The notes: generated by a model from the sequence alone, not told the origin. A stretch of DNA of 64,000 nucleotides from Patescibacteria group bacterium (GCA_038063455.1 JBBTVB010000005.1:3482-67481), one strand, 5' to 3'. Counted from the stretch's first letter, positions 33,747-43,075 are shown. Made by a program: numbers and translations.

Positions 33747-34430
33747 TTAGCTATCTTTCCAGGGCTCATCTGAGCCATTGCCCGATTGCAGCGTATCTTG
33801 CCAAGTTTCGCCTGCAAACAATCTCGGCGCAGGGAAAAAACTCGAAAAAAGCCGGTGAATGCTCGGGGTGGCAATTGTAGGTGCAAGTTTGGCCACATGC
33901 TGGACAACAACCAACGTCGTTATGCGGAATACTTCGGTTGGGTTCGCGTACAAGTACGTATGCCAGGTAGCCGCATCCCACATGCGGGGGTGCGCTGGCA
34001 GGCCATGGTTTGGCTGCACGAGATTTTCACCGACATTTTGCAAAAATGCACAGCGCAGACTTCGAATGCGTTCCACTTGATAGTGGCGGCTAGGAACGTC
34101 TAAAAATCCTGCGGCGCGCGTCACAATTTCGTCATACGACTGCTTCGTCTCTGCAAACGACGCACGCACACACGCCTTCATTGCAGCTTCGACAATGTTC
34201 ATTTCTGCATGCAGCACGCTCTCACCAATGTCTTCACGTACGCAGGCGTCAATCAATTCTTTGCCAGTAACCACAAGCTCGCTATCAATAAAATTACCAA
34301 AGTTACCGGTGTCATTGCTCAGGCTTCGATACGGCTTGAGTACCGTGCACAGCGTGGCTACGTTCAGCGCTGGTAGTCTGCGCCAAATATTTACTGTGTG
34401 CGGCGATTCTACGCTTTGCTTAGCGCGCAT
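33747..34430 (-). CDS. Hypothetical protein (227 aa), no recognisable family
   Basis: Its start overlaps the upstream stop by 11 nt (ATGCGCGCTAA), which suggests translational coupling. Confidence 0.65.
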   Translation of the reverse strand: MRAKQSVESPHTVNIWRRLPALNVATLCTVLKPYRSLSNDTGNFGNFIDSELVVTGKELIDACVREDIGESVLHAEMNIVEAAMKACVRASFAETKQSYDEIVTRAAGFLDVPSRHYQVERIRSLRCAFLQNVGENLVQPNHGLPAHPRMWDAATWHTYLYANPTEVFRITTLVVVQHVAKLAPTIATPSIHRLFSSFFPAPRLFAGETWQDTLQSGNGSDEPWKDS

Positions 34431-34959
34431 GGCTAACCTCCAAGGGTTGTAGGTTTATACCAACCAGTAGTTCTTTTTCTGTGCCTGGGCCGGCTACATG
34501 GCCCAGCATGTGTACGAGCTGACGGATGATGTAGAATCCCCGCCCATGATTCGCCAGGGCAGCAAGGGCTGCCGGGGTGGTAGGATTTTGCTCGAGCGCT
34601 GTTGTGGGCAAAGCGCCGCAGCTGTCCGTAATGCCCACCATGACGTACAGCGGCGCAACGTACATAAAATGGACGCCGAAGCGCTGATCAGTGAACTTTG
34701 GCGTTTGCTGCGCAATGTTCATGACCAGCTCAGAAACGGCTATAGCCAAATGCACTCTAGCATCAGCGGTCATCGGCAAATCACGAAGAAAACATGTCAG
34801 CCGGTCATCCACAAAGTCGGGCTGTGCAGGATGCACGGGCAAGCTAAAAACTTCTTCTCTACACGCGCCGAGTTCAATGGGAGGGTCATCACGGTCAAAC
34901 CAATCCTCTGGCAAGTACATAACAATGTCTGGCGGAAAAGCAAAATACTTTAGAGGCAT
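34420..34959 (-). CDS. RsbW/SpoIIAB-like HATPase-domain protein (anti-sigma Ser-kinase-like)
   Basis: AGGAGG SD and the ATG at 34959. 'AVSELVMNIAQQ' is N-box-like and 'HGRGFYIIRQLV' is G1-box-like. Confidence 0.7.
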   Translation of the reverse strand: MPLKYFAFPPDIVMYLPEDWFDRDDPPIELGACREEVFSLPVHPAQPDFVDDRLTCFLRDLPMTADARVHLAIAVSELVMNIAQQTPKFTDQRFGVHFMYVAPLYVMVGITDSCGALPTTALEQNPTTPAALAALANHGRGFYIIRQLVHMLGHVAGPGTEKELLVGINLQPLEVSHAR

Positions 34960-35011
34960 GATTTCCTCCTTTCGGTTGTCAATGTTCAATTGTTACTAAC
35001 CCTTTGCCTAA

Positions 35012-35039
35012 AGCCTACTGCTACTAGTAGAGCTGTCAA
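35012..35039 (-). promoter_or_regulatory. Promoter P3 with the conserved TAGGCTTTAGGCAAAG block
   Basis: On the reverse complement: TTGACA, a 16-nt spacer, then TAGGCT followed by ttaggcaaag. This is the same block as P1 and P2. Confidence 0.5.
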
Positions 35040-35080
35040 TCCAGCACCACTTTTAGGTACCATCAAAAGTGGTGCTGGAT
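35039..35080 (-). terminator. Perfect 16-bp hairpin directly after the sufD stop
   Basis: ATCCAGCACCACTTTT-N10-AAAAGTGGTGCTGGAT with no U-tract. The 3' arm runs into the P3 -35 element. Confidence 0.55.
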
Positions 35081-35853
35081 CAATCCGTGGTTAAAAATGG
35101 GGCACACAACGCCTCGGGCAGCCGGGCCAGGGCCGGGGTCAAGAAACCCGCAACAATAAGGCCGCGCGCCTGCTCGGTGGCTATGCCCCGGCTCATCATG
35201 TAGAACAGCTGATCGTCGTTAATGCGGCTGGTGGTGGAGCCGTGCGAGGCTTTCACATCATTAGCTTCAATTTCTAAGGTTGGCAACGATTCCGCCAGCG
35301 CGCCGTCAAGCAAGAGCACGTCATCGCGGTAGTAGCTGCGCGTCTGCTGGGCCTGGGGCGCAATTTTAATGAGCCCGGTAAACACGCTACGCGATTCGTT
35401 TTCATAGACACCCCGTACAAACACGTCGCCGCGGGTATGCGGCACAGTGTGGTCCACAATCACATGGCAGGCGTGGTGCTGCTGGTGGCGGCCGTGGTAC
35501 ATGGCCGTGACTTTGCCCTCGGCGCCACTGCCGGTTAATGCCAGAATGGCTCGTGTTTCTACCCGGCTGCCACCAGATACGCGGTCAATAACGTGCAGGA
35601 TTGCATCCTTTGCCACTGTTGCGTGAATATTCACCAGGCGGAAGACATCAGCTTCATAACTCGCGGCCAGCATCAGCGTGTACGCACCGCCTTCGGCTAC
35701 GGTAATGTTAATATCGGTAACGCCTGGCTTAGGTGCCAGAATCCGCTCCTGCGTAGCACCAGCTTCTACCACAATATGCTCCGCGTGTTTCGGGAGCTCG
35801 GCAGGAAAAGGCCGCAGCGGATCTTTTTTGGGTAGAGGAAATTGATAAGCCAT
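35080..35853 (-). CDS. sufD: Fe-S assembly protein SufD (short form)
   Basis: SufB/D beta-helix and a C-terminal 'QLFYMMSRGI'. Starts at ATG 35853; the longer ORF crosses a divergent promoter. Confidence 0.8.
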   Translation of the reverse strand: MAYQFPLPKKDPLRPFPAELPKHAEHIVVEAGATQERILAPKPGVTDINITVAEGGAYTLMLAASYEADVFRLVNIHATVAKDAILHVIDRVSGGSRVETRAILALTGSGAEGKVTAMYHGRHQQHHACHVIVDHTVPHTRGDVFVRGVYENESRSVFTGLIKIAPQAQQTRSYYRDDVLLLDGALAESLPTLEIEANDVKASHGSTTSRINDDQLFYMMSRGIATEQARGLIVAGFLTPALARLPEALCAPFLTTD

Positions 35854-35877
35854 ATCGAGCACTACAAAGAAGTTACG

Positions 35878-35906
35878 TTGACAGTACAGACGACTAGTCG
35901 TATAGT
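35878..35906 (+). promoter_or_regulatory. Consensus-like sigma70 promoter
   Basis: TTGACA, a 17-nt spacer containing the palindrome CGACTAGTCG, then TATAGT. Confidence 0.6.
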
Positions 35907-35947
35907 TGCATGCTAGCTTGTAAAAAACAAACCTAAGGAGGTGCAGT

Positions 35948-36226
35948 GTGCTATACACACTCATTATCCTCATCCTGTTATACCTGGTTGCCGGCTGGTG
36001 GCTGACGAAAAAACGTCTAGAAGCAATGTCAAAGTTGACGCCGGATCGACCCTTCATTCAACCAAAGGATCCTAAGGAGAGAAGACGGCGGCAACAAAAA
36101 ATAGGCAGAATACTCTTCTGGATAGGGTTCACCATATTCTGGGTGCCCATATATGCTACCCAATGGCTTACAGGTAACAAGGATGAGGAAACATCCATCC
36201 AAAAAAAGACGAACGACTCTGCATAA
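35948..36226 (+). CDS. Small two-TM membrane protein (92 aa)
   Basis: GTG start after AAGGAGG. Two hydrophobic helices are separated by a basic loop (KERRRRQQK). Confidence 0.6.
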   Translation: MLYTLIILILLYLVAGWWLTKKRLEAMSKLTPDRPFIQPKDPKERRRRQQKIGRILFWIGFTIFWVPIYATQWLTGNKDEETSIQKKTNDSA

Positions 36227-36240
36227 CCACAATTGTAACC

Positions 36241-36274
36241 GTACTCCTCATGCTGGCATGAGGAGTACCTTTTT
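36241..36274 (+). terminator. Intrinsic terminator
   Basis: GTACTCCTCAT-gctggc-ATGAGGAGTAC followed by CTTTTT. Confidence 0.75.
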
Positions 36275-36300
36275 ATCCATACGAAAGCAGATTATTAAAT

Positions 36301-36350
36301 CCCCAAGCGCAGGCCTCTGTGCCTGCGCGGGCAGGGACGCCCACGCTCGG
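36301..36350. repeat. REP-like element, copy 3
   Basis: ccccAAGCGCAGGcctctgtgCCTGCGCGGGCAGGGacgcccacgctcgg. Confidence 0.55.
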
Positions 36351-36369
36351 CTATAAAAAATATAAATTA

Positions 36370-37848
36370 TTACCCCACACTGCCTTCCATTTCCATCCGA
36401 ATCAACCGGTTGAGTTCTACGGCATATTCCAGCGGCAACTCTTTGGCAATGGGCTCAATAAACCCTTGCACTACCAAACTGCGCGCTTCGGCTTCTTTCA
36501 AACCGCGGGACATCAAATAGAAAAGTTGCTCCTCGCCAATCTTGCCCACGCTGGCCTCGTGCGCCACGGTCACGTCCGACTCGCGAATGTCCATGGTGGG
36601 GTAGGTGTCTGACCGTGAGGTTTCATCCAGCAGCAGCGCATCGCACACCACGGAGGACTTGCACCCCGTCATGCCTTTCGGCACCTGCACCAGGCCCCGG
36701 TACGACGTGCGACCTTGCTCTTTGCTAATGGACTTCGAAATAATCGTGGATGTGGTATCTGGCGCGCCGTGGATGGCTTTGCCACCCGCATCCTGGTGCT
36801 GGCCATTACCCGCAAACGCAATGGAGAGCACATCGCCTTTGGCCCCACGGCCCAGCAGGTAAATGCTGGGGTACTTCATCGTCAGCTTGCTGCCAAGGTT
36901 GCCATCCACCCATTCCATGGTGGCGTCTTCATAGGCAAAGGCCCGCTTCGTGACCAGGTTGTACACATTCTTGGACCAATTCTGCACCGTGGTGTACCGC
37001 ACGCGCGCCCCCTTTTTGACGATAATTTCCACGACAGCGGAATGCAAACTATCAGCCGTGTAAATAGGCGCCGTACAACCTTCGACGTAGTGCACGTAGC
37101 TGCCCTCTTCGGCGATAATGAGCGTGCGCTCAAACTGGCCGGCGTTGGGCGCGTTGATGCGGAAATACGCTTGCAGCGGAATCTCGACCTTCACCCCTTT
37201 GGGAATGTACACAAAACTCCCGCCGCTCCACACTGCCGTGTTCAGCGCGGAAAATTTATTGTCCCCGGCCGGGATAACCGTACCAAAGTACTGCTTCACG
37301 AGTTCCGGGTGCTGCTTTAGGCCCGTGTCCATGTCCAGGAAAATGACACCTTGCTTTTCCAAATTTTTCTGGAGCGAATGGTACACGGCTTCGGATTCGT
37401 ACTGGGCCATGACGCCACCCAAGTACTTCTGCTCGGCTAGCGGGATGCCAATCTTGTTATAGGTGTTGCGGATATCCGCCGGCACGTCATCCCAGGATTG
37501 CGCCACCTTATCCGTGGGCCGCAAGTAGTAGTGAATTTTGGTAAAGTCGATGTCCGTTAACTTTCCACCCCACATGGGCATAGCCTTACGTTCAAAGGTT
37601 TCCAGCGCGCGCAGTCGGATTGCCCGCATCCAGTCTGGCTCACTTTTAAAATGCGAAATCTGCTCGACTACAGACTTCGATAAACCTGGCGCGGACATGA
37701 ACGAATACGCAATTGGGTCTGCCCCGTCCGCCAACGGCTGAGCCGTACCCGCCCGACGCGCTTCGCTTGTCGAAGCGGGCGGGGGCGATGCCGGGCGGGC
37801 GCCCAGCGCTTCAGTGGTTGCCTGGACCATTGGTGAGGCTGTACTCAT
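36370..37848 (-). CDS. sufB: Fe-S cluster assembly protein SufB
   Basis: 492 aa with typical SufB blocks ('[11 protein letters not shown]', '[10 protein letters not shown]'). Confidence 0.95.
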   Translation of the reverse strand: MSTASPMVQATTEALGARPASPPPASTSEARRAGTAQPLADGADPIAYSFMSAPGLSKSVVEQISHFKSEPDWMRAIRLRALETFERKAMPMWGGKLTDIDFTKIHYYLRPTDKVAQSWDDVPADIRNTYNKIGIPLAEQKYLGGVMAQYESEAVYHSLQKNLEKQGVIFLDMDTGLKQHPELVKQYFGTVIPAGDNKFSALNTAVWSGGSFVYIPKGVKVEIPLQAYFRINAPNAGQFERTLIIAEEGSYVHYVEGCTAPIYTADSLHSAVVEIIVKKGARVRYTTVQNWSKNVYNLVTKRAFAYEDATMEWVDGNLGSKLTMKYPSIYLLGRGAKGDVLSIAFAGNGQHQDAGGKAIHGAPDTTSTIISKSISKEQGRTSYRGLVQVPKGMTGCKSSVVCDALLLDETSRSDTYPTMDIRESDVTVAHEASVGKIGEEQLFYLMSRGLKEAEARSLVVQGFIEPIAKELPLEYAVELNRLIRMEMEGSVG

Positions 37849-38573
37849 GCCACGACCTTGTAGCCAACCCGTTCAATATCGTAGGCCAAGTCTTTGCCAC
37901 CGCTCTGCGTAATGCGCCCGTCGGTGAGTACGTGCACGTGGTCGGGCACGACGAATTCAAGAATGCGGGAGTAATGGGTAATGAGCAGGACGCCGACGCC
38001 AGCAGTGCGCGCTGCTTGCACGCCGGCAGCAACTATTTTTAATGCGTCCACATCCAGCCCAGAATCGGTTTCGTCAAGAATAGCGTACTTGGGCTGGAGC
38101 ACAGCCAGTTGCAGCATTTCCAAACGCTTCTTCTCCCCGCCCGAAAAACCCTCGTTCACGGCACGCTTCACAAAGCTTGGGTCAACTTGTAAATCCGCGA
38201 TGGCCTGCTGCAGCCGGGCCGAAAACGCTTTGTGGTCCAGCTGCCCGCCATGCAGGCTCCGCCAGGCTGTGCGCAAAAAATTCTGGACGGATACGCCCGG
38301 AATTTCTACTGGATATTGAAAAGATAAAAACAGCCCAGCTTTGGCCCGCTCGTCAGCTGGCAAGCTGGTGGTATCAGTTCCATCCACCTCCACCGTGCCG
38401 CCAGTAATAGTGTACCGTGGGTGACCCATGAGCGCGTTGGCCAGGGTGGATTTGCCGGAACCGTTGGGGCCCATGAGCGCGTGCACTTCGCCGGGTTGGA
38501 TGGATAGCGAAACGCCGCGGAGGATAGCCTTCCCCTCCACGGAAACCTGCACGTCGGTAACAATTAGGGCCAT
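37845..38573 (-). CDS. sufC: Fe-S cluster assembly ATPase SufC
   Basis: Walker A 'GPNGSGKST', 'FSGGEKKR' and '[11 protein letters not shown]'. Confidence 0.95.
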   Translation of the reverse strand: MALIVTDVQVSVEGKAILRGVSLSIQPGEVHALMGPNGSGKSTLANALMGHPRYTITGGTVEVDGTDTTSLPADERAKAGLFLSFQYPVEIPGVSVQNFLRTAWRSLHGGQLDHKAFSARLQQAIADLQVDPSFVKRAVNEGFSGGEKKRLEMLQLAVLQPKYAILDETDSGLDVDALKIVAAGVQAARTAGVGVLLITHYSRILEFVVPDHVHVLTDGRITQSGGKDLAYDIERVGYKVVA

Positions 38574-38616
38574 AGGTAGACCGAGTGTAACTTAGCCCGC
38601 CTGGCCTGACAACCCG

Positions 38617-39645
38617 CTAGCTCTTCGACACCCGCAATGACCAAGTCACTAAACCATTCGCGGTAATCGTTATCGTATGCACGCCTTCGGCCACGTCGGC
38701 CGTGATCGTTTGGGACTTAATTGACTCAATTTCTTTGTAGACCTTGTCGTTAAGCACCAAGTCCGTATTCTCTACCGCCATTTTCACCTGGCCCTTGGTC
38801 ACGCCCAGCTCAAACTTGTACTGGCCGCTCTTGGGGAAGTCGCCGACAAAGGTATTCGCGTACGGTGCGGTTGCATCGTCCGAGCCGCCGTTCGTGTTGC
38901 CGCTAATGGAGTACGGTGGCGTTGGCGCAGGAAAAACCGTCAGGGTTCCCGTACTGTTGGAGGTCGAGATAAAATGCGCGCCTTTGGTAAAGTTCTTTCC
39001 GGCTTGCCACACACGCCCTTTTTCAAACGTGCCTTTGAGCAACTGATTCTTCGTATCCAACGTAAGTGCGGGTCCTTTATTTTCTGAACCGCCGGCAAAA
39101 TCCAAGGCGTAATTGGCATTGCTATAAGCTACGCGAGACTCTAAGCGAATGGTTACCGCCCCATCTTCTTTCCGCGCGCTATACGGGAAGCTCTGCCCCG
39201 CAACCAAGGGCGTGGAACGCACCACGGGGGGCGGCACGCCAGGGGTGTTTACTGGCTTCAGCTGGCTAATAACTTTTGGGTCTTCGTCCGGGATTTTCGT
39301 CGGGTCGTAGCCGGTTGCCACTTCCAGCCCATCGTTGTAGCCATCGGCGTCGGTGTCGGCGTTCAGCGGGTCAGTTTTATAGACACGCTCTTGGTCGTTG
39401 GTTAGGCCGTCGCTATCCAGGTCTGGGTTCGCATTCACATTTGCATTCTCGTTTACCGCTGCGTTCGTGTTGAGGTTTGCATTCACATCTGGGACCTCCG
39501 CATTCACATTGCCATTCACATTCTGATTCACGTTGGTGTTGGCGTCGGCAACATTCGTATTTGCCGGTTTCTTACCGCACGCGGCCAAGCCCACCAACAG
39601 GAGGGTGGACAATCCAATAATGCTTAGGGTCTTGGTGATGCGCAT
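38617..39645 (-). CDS. Lipoprotein with an Asn-rich linker and thrombospondin type-3-like Ca-binding repeats
   Basis: Lipobox 'LVGLAAC', an N-V/T-N low-complexity region, 'DSDGLTNDQE' and 'DTDADGYNDGLE'. Starts at ATG 39645. Confidence 0.7.
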   Translation of the reverse strand: MRITKTLSIIGLSTLLLVGLAACGKKPANTNVADANTNVNQNVNGNVNAEVPDVNANLNTNAAVNENANVNANPDLDSDGLTNDQERVYKTDPLNADTDADGYNDGLEVATGYDPTKIPDEDPKVISQLKPVNTPGVPPPVVRSTPLVAGQSFPYSARKEDGAVTIRLESRVAYSNANYALDFAGGSENKGPALTLDTKNQLLKGTFEKGRVWQAGKNFTKGAHFISTSNSTGTLTVFPAPTPPYSISGNTNGGSDDATAPYANTFVGDFPKSGQYKFELGVTKGQVKMAVENTDLVLNDKVYKEIESIKSQTITADVAEGVHTITITANGLVTWSLRVSKS

Positions 39646-39695
39646 AGGCATAGCATACCACCCGGTGCTAGGGGCGGACAACGGCATTCGCGAAG

Positions 39696-40124
39696 CTACT
39701 TCCGCTGCAGGTACTGGCCGCGGAAAGTCTTGCTGCTGTAGTACAGAGCCACCAAAAAAAGCAGGGCCAAGGCCTGATTCGCAATAAAAAACAGCAAGTG
39801 CTGACTATCTGCATTTCCTTGGCTGTAGGAACGCACGCCGTAGTACGCAAAGACAATAGCCCCGCCGGCTGCGGCCAGTACATCAAGCGCACTTAGCCAC
39901 CGCTGTCGCGGATTGAGTAACCCGGCCAGCAGTGCCAGCACTAACACTGCAGCAATCGTAAGAAACGGTGGCAAGGTCGGGATGAGTGTATGAACAAATG
40001 GGTACAGGCCGAGCATGGCAATTCCAGCTGCGAAGAAACACCGCCGTACAATATCACCGTAGTAGTGAGGTGGGCGGGAGTTGCTGGAGTTCTGCGGAAG
40101 GGTAACATGATATTCGACTGGCAT
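39696..40124 (-). CDS. Membrane protein (142 aa), four predicted helices
   Basis: Hydrophobic profile only; I recognise no family. Confidence 0.6.
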   Translation of the reverse strand: MPVEYHVTLPQNSSNSRPPHYYGDIVRRCFFAAGIAMLGLYPFVHTLIPTLPPFLTIAAVLVLALLAGLLNPRQRWLSALDVLAAAGGAIVFAYYGVRSYSQGNADSQHLLFFIANQALALLFLVALYYSSKTFRGQYLQRK

Positions 40125-40127
40125 AGG

Positions 40128-40994
40128 TTATTGTACGAGGTTCTCCGAAAAGAGTAGTGCGTTCGGGATGTTGCGGCCGGGACCCACCCGGTACTTGCCA
40201 AGGTAGTAGAGCGCAGAGGAGCCCCCGCCATCCAGGTTAATAGCGTACTCCATTTTGAAGTAATCCATAACCGCAGCCAGGTCCAGCACCGTAGCGTTGC
40301 TGGCAACAATAAGGTAGACGTTCTTCCCTTTAAAACCCAGCCCGCTGCGATTGCCTTTGGCCGTACGTTGCTTGGTGTCGAGTTCGCTAGATTTGACCAC
40401 CACTTGCCGGTTCACAATGAGTGCGGGGCCATTGGAAATTTCCGCCACCAGCTTGGTCTGGTACTGCGCTTCAAAGGCTGCTAGCCCAGGCCAATCTTTG
40501 GCCTCCCGCCAGAAGTGCCAATGGTTATCCGTATCGAATGCCACCAGCGGGCCTTTGTTAAACTTGTTTTGGAAAGCATTCACAAAGGTGTGACGCACCG
40601 AGTTGTACACCATCCAATAGTACGAACCGTACTGGCCGGCACACGCGGCGTAATCGTAGGGGCAGAAGTAGCTACCATTAATGCCGGCAAAACCTTGCAC
40701 GCGCTGGACATACTTGTGCAGCGGCGCCACCGGGCAATTGTTGGTGCAATCGGAGGCCGAACCAGTAAGGGTGTAGATGTGTAACTTAGGATTTTGCAGG
40801 TTGATGGCCACGACGTTGGCCGTAAACTTTCCTCGCGGGGTCTGTACCGTCCACAAACGCCAAGACGAGTTGGGCGTCGTCACGGACGTCGGGGTGACAA
40901 CGGTTGCAGCCGCAGCAGGTGCAGCAGGTGCAGCCCAAACAATACTCGTCCCGAGCACAACCAGGAGCATGAGCGAACGACGGAGCAGTATCAT
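40128..40994 (-). CDS. Phosphodiester glycosidase family (NAGPA/DUF2233-like) secreted protein
   Basis: Signal peptide, 'FAGINGSYF' and 'AINLDGGGSSALY'. Confidence 0.8.
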   Translation of the reverse strand: MILLRRSLMLLVVLGTSIVWAAPAAPAAAATVVTPTSVTTPNSSWRLWTVQTPRGKFTANVVAINLQNPKLHIYTLTGSASDCTNNCPVAPLHKYVQRVQGFAGINGSYFCPYDYAACAGQYGSYYWMVYNSVRHTFVNAFQNKFNKGPLVAFDTDNHWHFWREAKDWPGLAAFEAQYQTKLVAEISNGPALIVNRQVVVKSSELDTKQRTAKGNRSGLGFKGKNVYLIVASNATVLDLAAVMDYFKMEYAINLDGGGSSALYYLGKYRVGPGRNIPNALLFSENLVQ

Positions 40995-41084
40995 AACGCA
41001 AGTATAGCAGAAAAACCAACGAGCCCCACCACACCAAGGGCGTTAACACTTGACATGTTAACTGTTAACACGCACACTGGAGCC

Positions 41085-41534
41085 ATGACCCCCCACCCCA
41101 CCCCGTCGGCCCGGGATATTGGCATCAAGATCCATAAAATTTCCTGCCTCATGGGCCGCACCGCGGAGCACGCGCTGGCCCGCACGGTCCAGTTGTCGTT
41201 CTCGGAATTTCGTATGCTCATGGCCTTGCACCACGGCCGGGACCTGACGCAAAAGCGCGTGGCCGCCTACCACGGCATTACCGAGGCGGCGGTGAGCCGA
41301 CAAATTGAACTGCTGAAAACCCGCAAGCTGATTACGGCCATAGAAAATGTGAAGAACCGGCGGGAACGGAAGCTGGCGCTCACCGCTCGCGGTGCGGCCC
41401 TGCTGCCCAAAGCGCAAAAAGCCCTGGAGCGCGTCTTCCTAAAACCTTTCAATAGCCTGGCCACAGAAAAAAAGACGCAGCTGAATAACCTCTTACAAAC
41501 CTTGGCGGACGCGCTCGAGGCCCACCAACCCTAA
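41085..41534 (+). CDS. MarR-family transcriptional regulator
   Basis: wHTH 'LTQKRVAAYHGITEAAVSRQIELLKTRKLI'. Starts at ATG 41085; the tracked longer ORF overlaps the convergent gene. Confidence 0.85.
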   Translation: MTPHPTPSARDIGIKIHKISCLMGRTAEHALARTVQLSFSEFRMLMALHHGRDLTQKRVAAYHGITEAAVSRQIELLKTRKLITAIENVKNRRERKLALTARGAALLPKAQKALERVFLKPFNSLATEKKTQLNNLLQTLADALEAHQP

Positions 41535-41540
41535 CCGACT

Positions 41541-42119
41541 ATGTCACCAAAAATTCTCACTATCCTCGGCAGTACCCGGCAAGGCCGTATCGGCGATCAA
41601 GTGGCAGCCTGGATAACCAAACTGGCTGAAGCGCGAACCGACCTGTCACACGAGCTGGCCGACCTACGTGCCATAAACCTGCCCATGTTTGACGAAGCGA
41701 CCAACCCGAGCAGCGGTAACTACACCAACCCACAGCAGCAGGCCTGGGCAAAAACCGTAGGCGCGGCCGATGGCTTCATAATCGTTACCCCCGAGTACAA
41801 CCATGGCTACCCCGCGGCCCTAAAGAATGCCTTGGACTTCCTGTATGCCGAGTGGAACACCAAACCCGTGGGGTTTGTTAGCTATGGTGGGCTGTCGGGT
41901 GGCATCCGTGCCGTCGAACAGCTGCGCCAAGTGGCCGTGGAATTGCAGATGGTACCGATTGAAAAAAGCGTGAACCTGCCGTTTATGAAGAAAATTCTTG
42001 ATACGCCCGGCCAACTCGAAGCAACGTACGATGCCCGTCTCACCGGCTTCCTAGACCAGCTGGTCTGGTGGGCCAATGTCTGCCGCGCTGGACAAGCTCA
42101 ATACCCCTTGCCAAAATAA
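41541..42119 (+). CDS. NADPH-dependent FMN reductase
   Basis: 'ILGSTRQGR' and 'IVTPEYNHGYP'. Confidence 0.85.
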   Translation: MSPKILTILGSTRQGRIGDQVAAWITKLAEARTDLSHELADLRAINLPMFDEATNPSSGNYTNPQQQAWAKTVGAADGFIIVTPEYNHGYPAALKNALDFLYAEWNTKPVGFVSYGGLSGGIRAVEQLRQVAVELQMVPIEKSVNLPFMKKILDTPGQLEATYDARLTGFLDQLVWWANVCRAGQAQYPLPK

Positions 42120-42146
42120 CTTTCGAATTATTTTTTTCTTATCTCT

Positions 42147-43064
42147 ATGGCCGATATTATTACGGTAACGAACCTGCAAAAAGTCTACGGCGAGCTTACT
42201 GCCGTCGATAGCATCAACTTCGCCGTCCACCAAGGCGAGACCTTTGGCATCCTCGGCCCGAACGGCGCCGGCAAAACCACCACGTTGGAAATGATGGAAG
42301 GCCTGAAGAGCATTACCAGCGGCACCGTGGTGTTGGACAGCAAGGACGTGACCACGCACGCCCGGGAAGTGAAAGCCGTCATTGGCGTGCAACTGCAGTC
42401 CTCCGCTTTTTTCGACGGACTTAACCTCAAAGAACTCATCGAAACTTTTGGCGCGCTCTACAACACCAATGTGGATGCCATGGAGCTGTTGCGGGAAGTA
42501 CAGCTGGAAGAGAAAGCCAAGAACAACGTAAAAGAACTCTCTGGCGGTCAAAAGCAACGCTTGTCTATTGCCGTCGCACTGATGAACAAACCCAAAGTGC
42601 TGTTCCTGGACGAGCCAACCACCGGCCTAGACCCGCAAGCACGCCGCAACCTGTGGGATCTAATTAACCACATTAAAGGCCGCGGCGTAACCGTTATTTT
42701 AACCACGCACTACATGGAAGAAGCCGAGGTATTGTGCGATCGCATTGCGATTATGGACCACGCCAAAATCATTGCCCTCGACACCCCCACCGGCCTGCTC
42801 AAGTTGGCCGACGTGGGTACCACCATCGAATGCCACGTGGACAAGCGCGTGGAGGCCAGCACGCTGCAGAGCCTACCAAACGCTACCGATATAGAGGTGC
42901 ATGATCAAGTGTTTAGCCTGCGCACGCACACACCCGAGACAACCCTGCCGGCGCTCTTTACCAAAGCCCAAGAGCTTGGTATCCGGTTGCACGACGTCCA
43001 GGTGCACCAGGCTACGCTGGAAGATGTGTTCCTCAAGCTCACCGGCCGTAAATTGCGCGAGTAA
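42147..43064 (+). CDS. ABC transporter ATP-binding protein (DrrA/ABC-2 type)
   Basis: 'GPNGAGKTT', 'LSGGQKQRL' and 'LFLDEPTTGLD'. Confidence 0.9.
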   Translation: MADIITVTNLQKVYGELTAVDSINFAVHQGETFGILGPNGAGKTTTLEMMEGLKSITSGTVVLDSKDVTTHAREVKAVIGVQLQSSAFFDGLNLKELIETFGALYNTNVDAMELLREVQLEEKAKNNVKELSGGQKQRLSIAVALMNKPKVLFLDEPTTGLDPQARRNLWDLINHIKGRGVTVILTTHYMEEAEVLCDRIAIMDHAKIIALDTPTGLLKLADVGTTIECHVDKRVEASTLQSLPNATDIEVHDQVFSLRTHTPETTLPALFTKAQELGIRLHDVQVHQATLEDVFLKLTGRKLRE

Positions 43065-43075
43065 ATCTTTACCTC

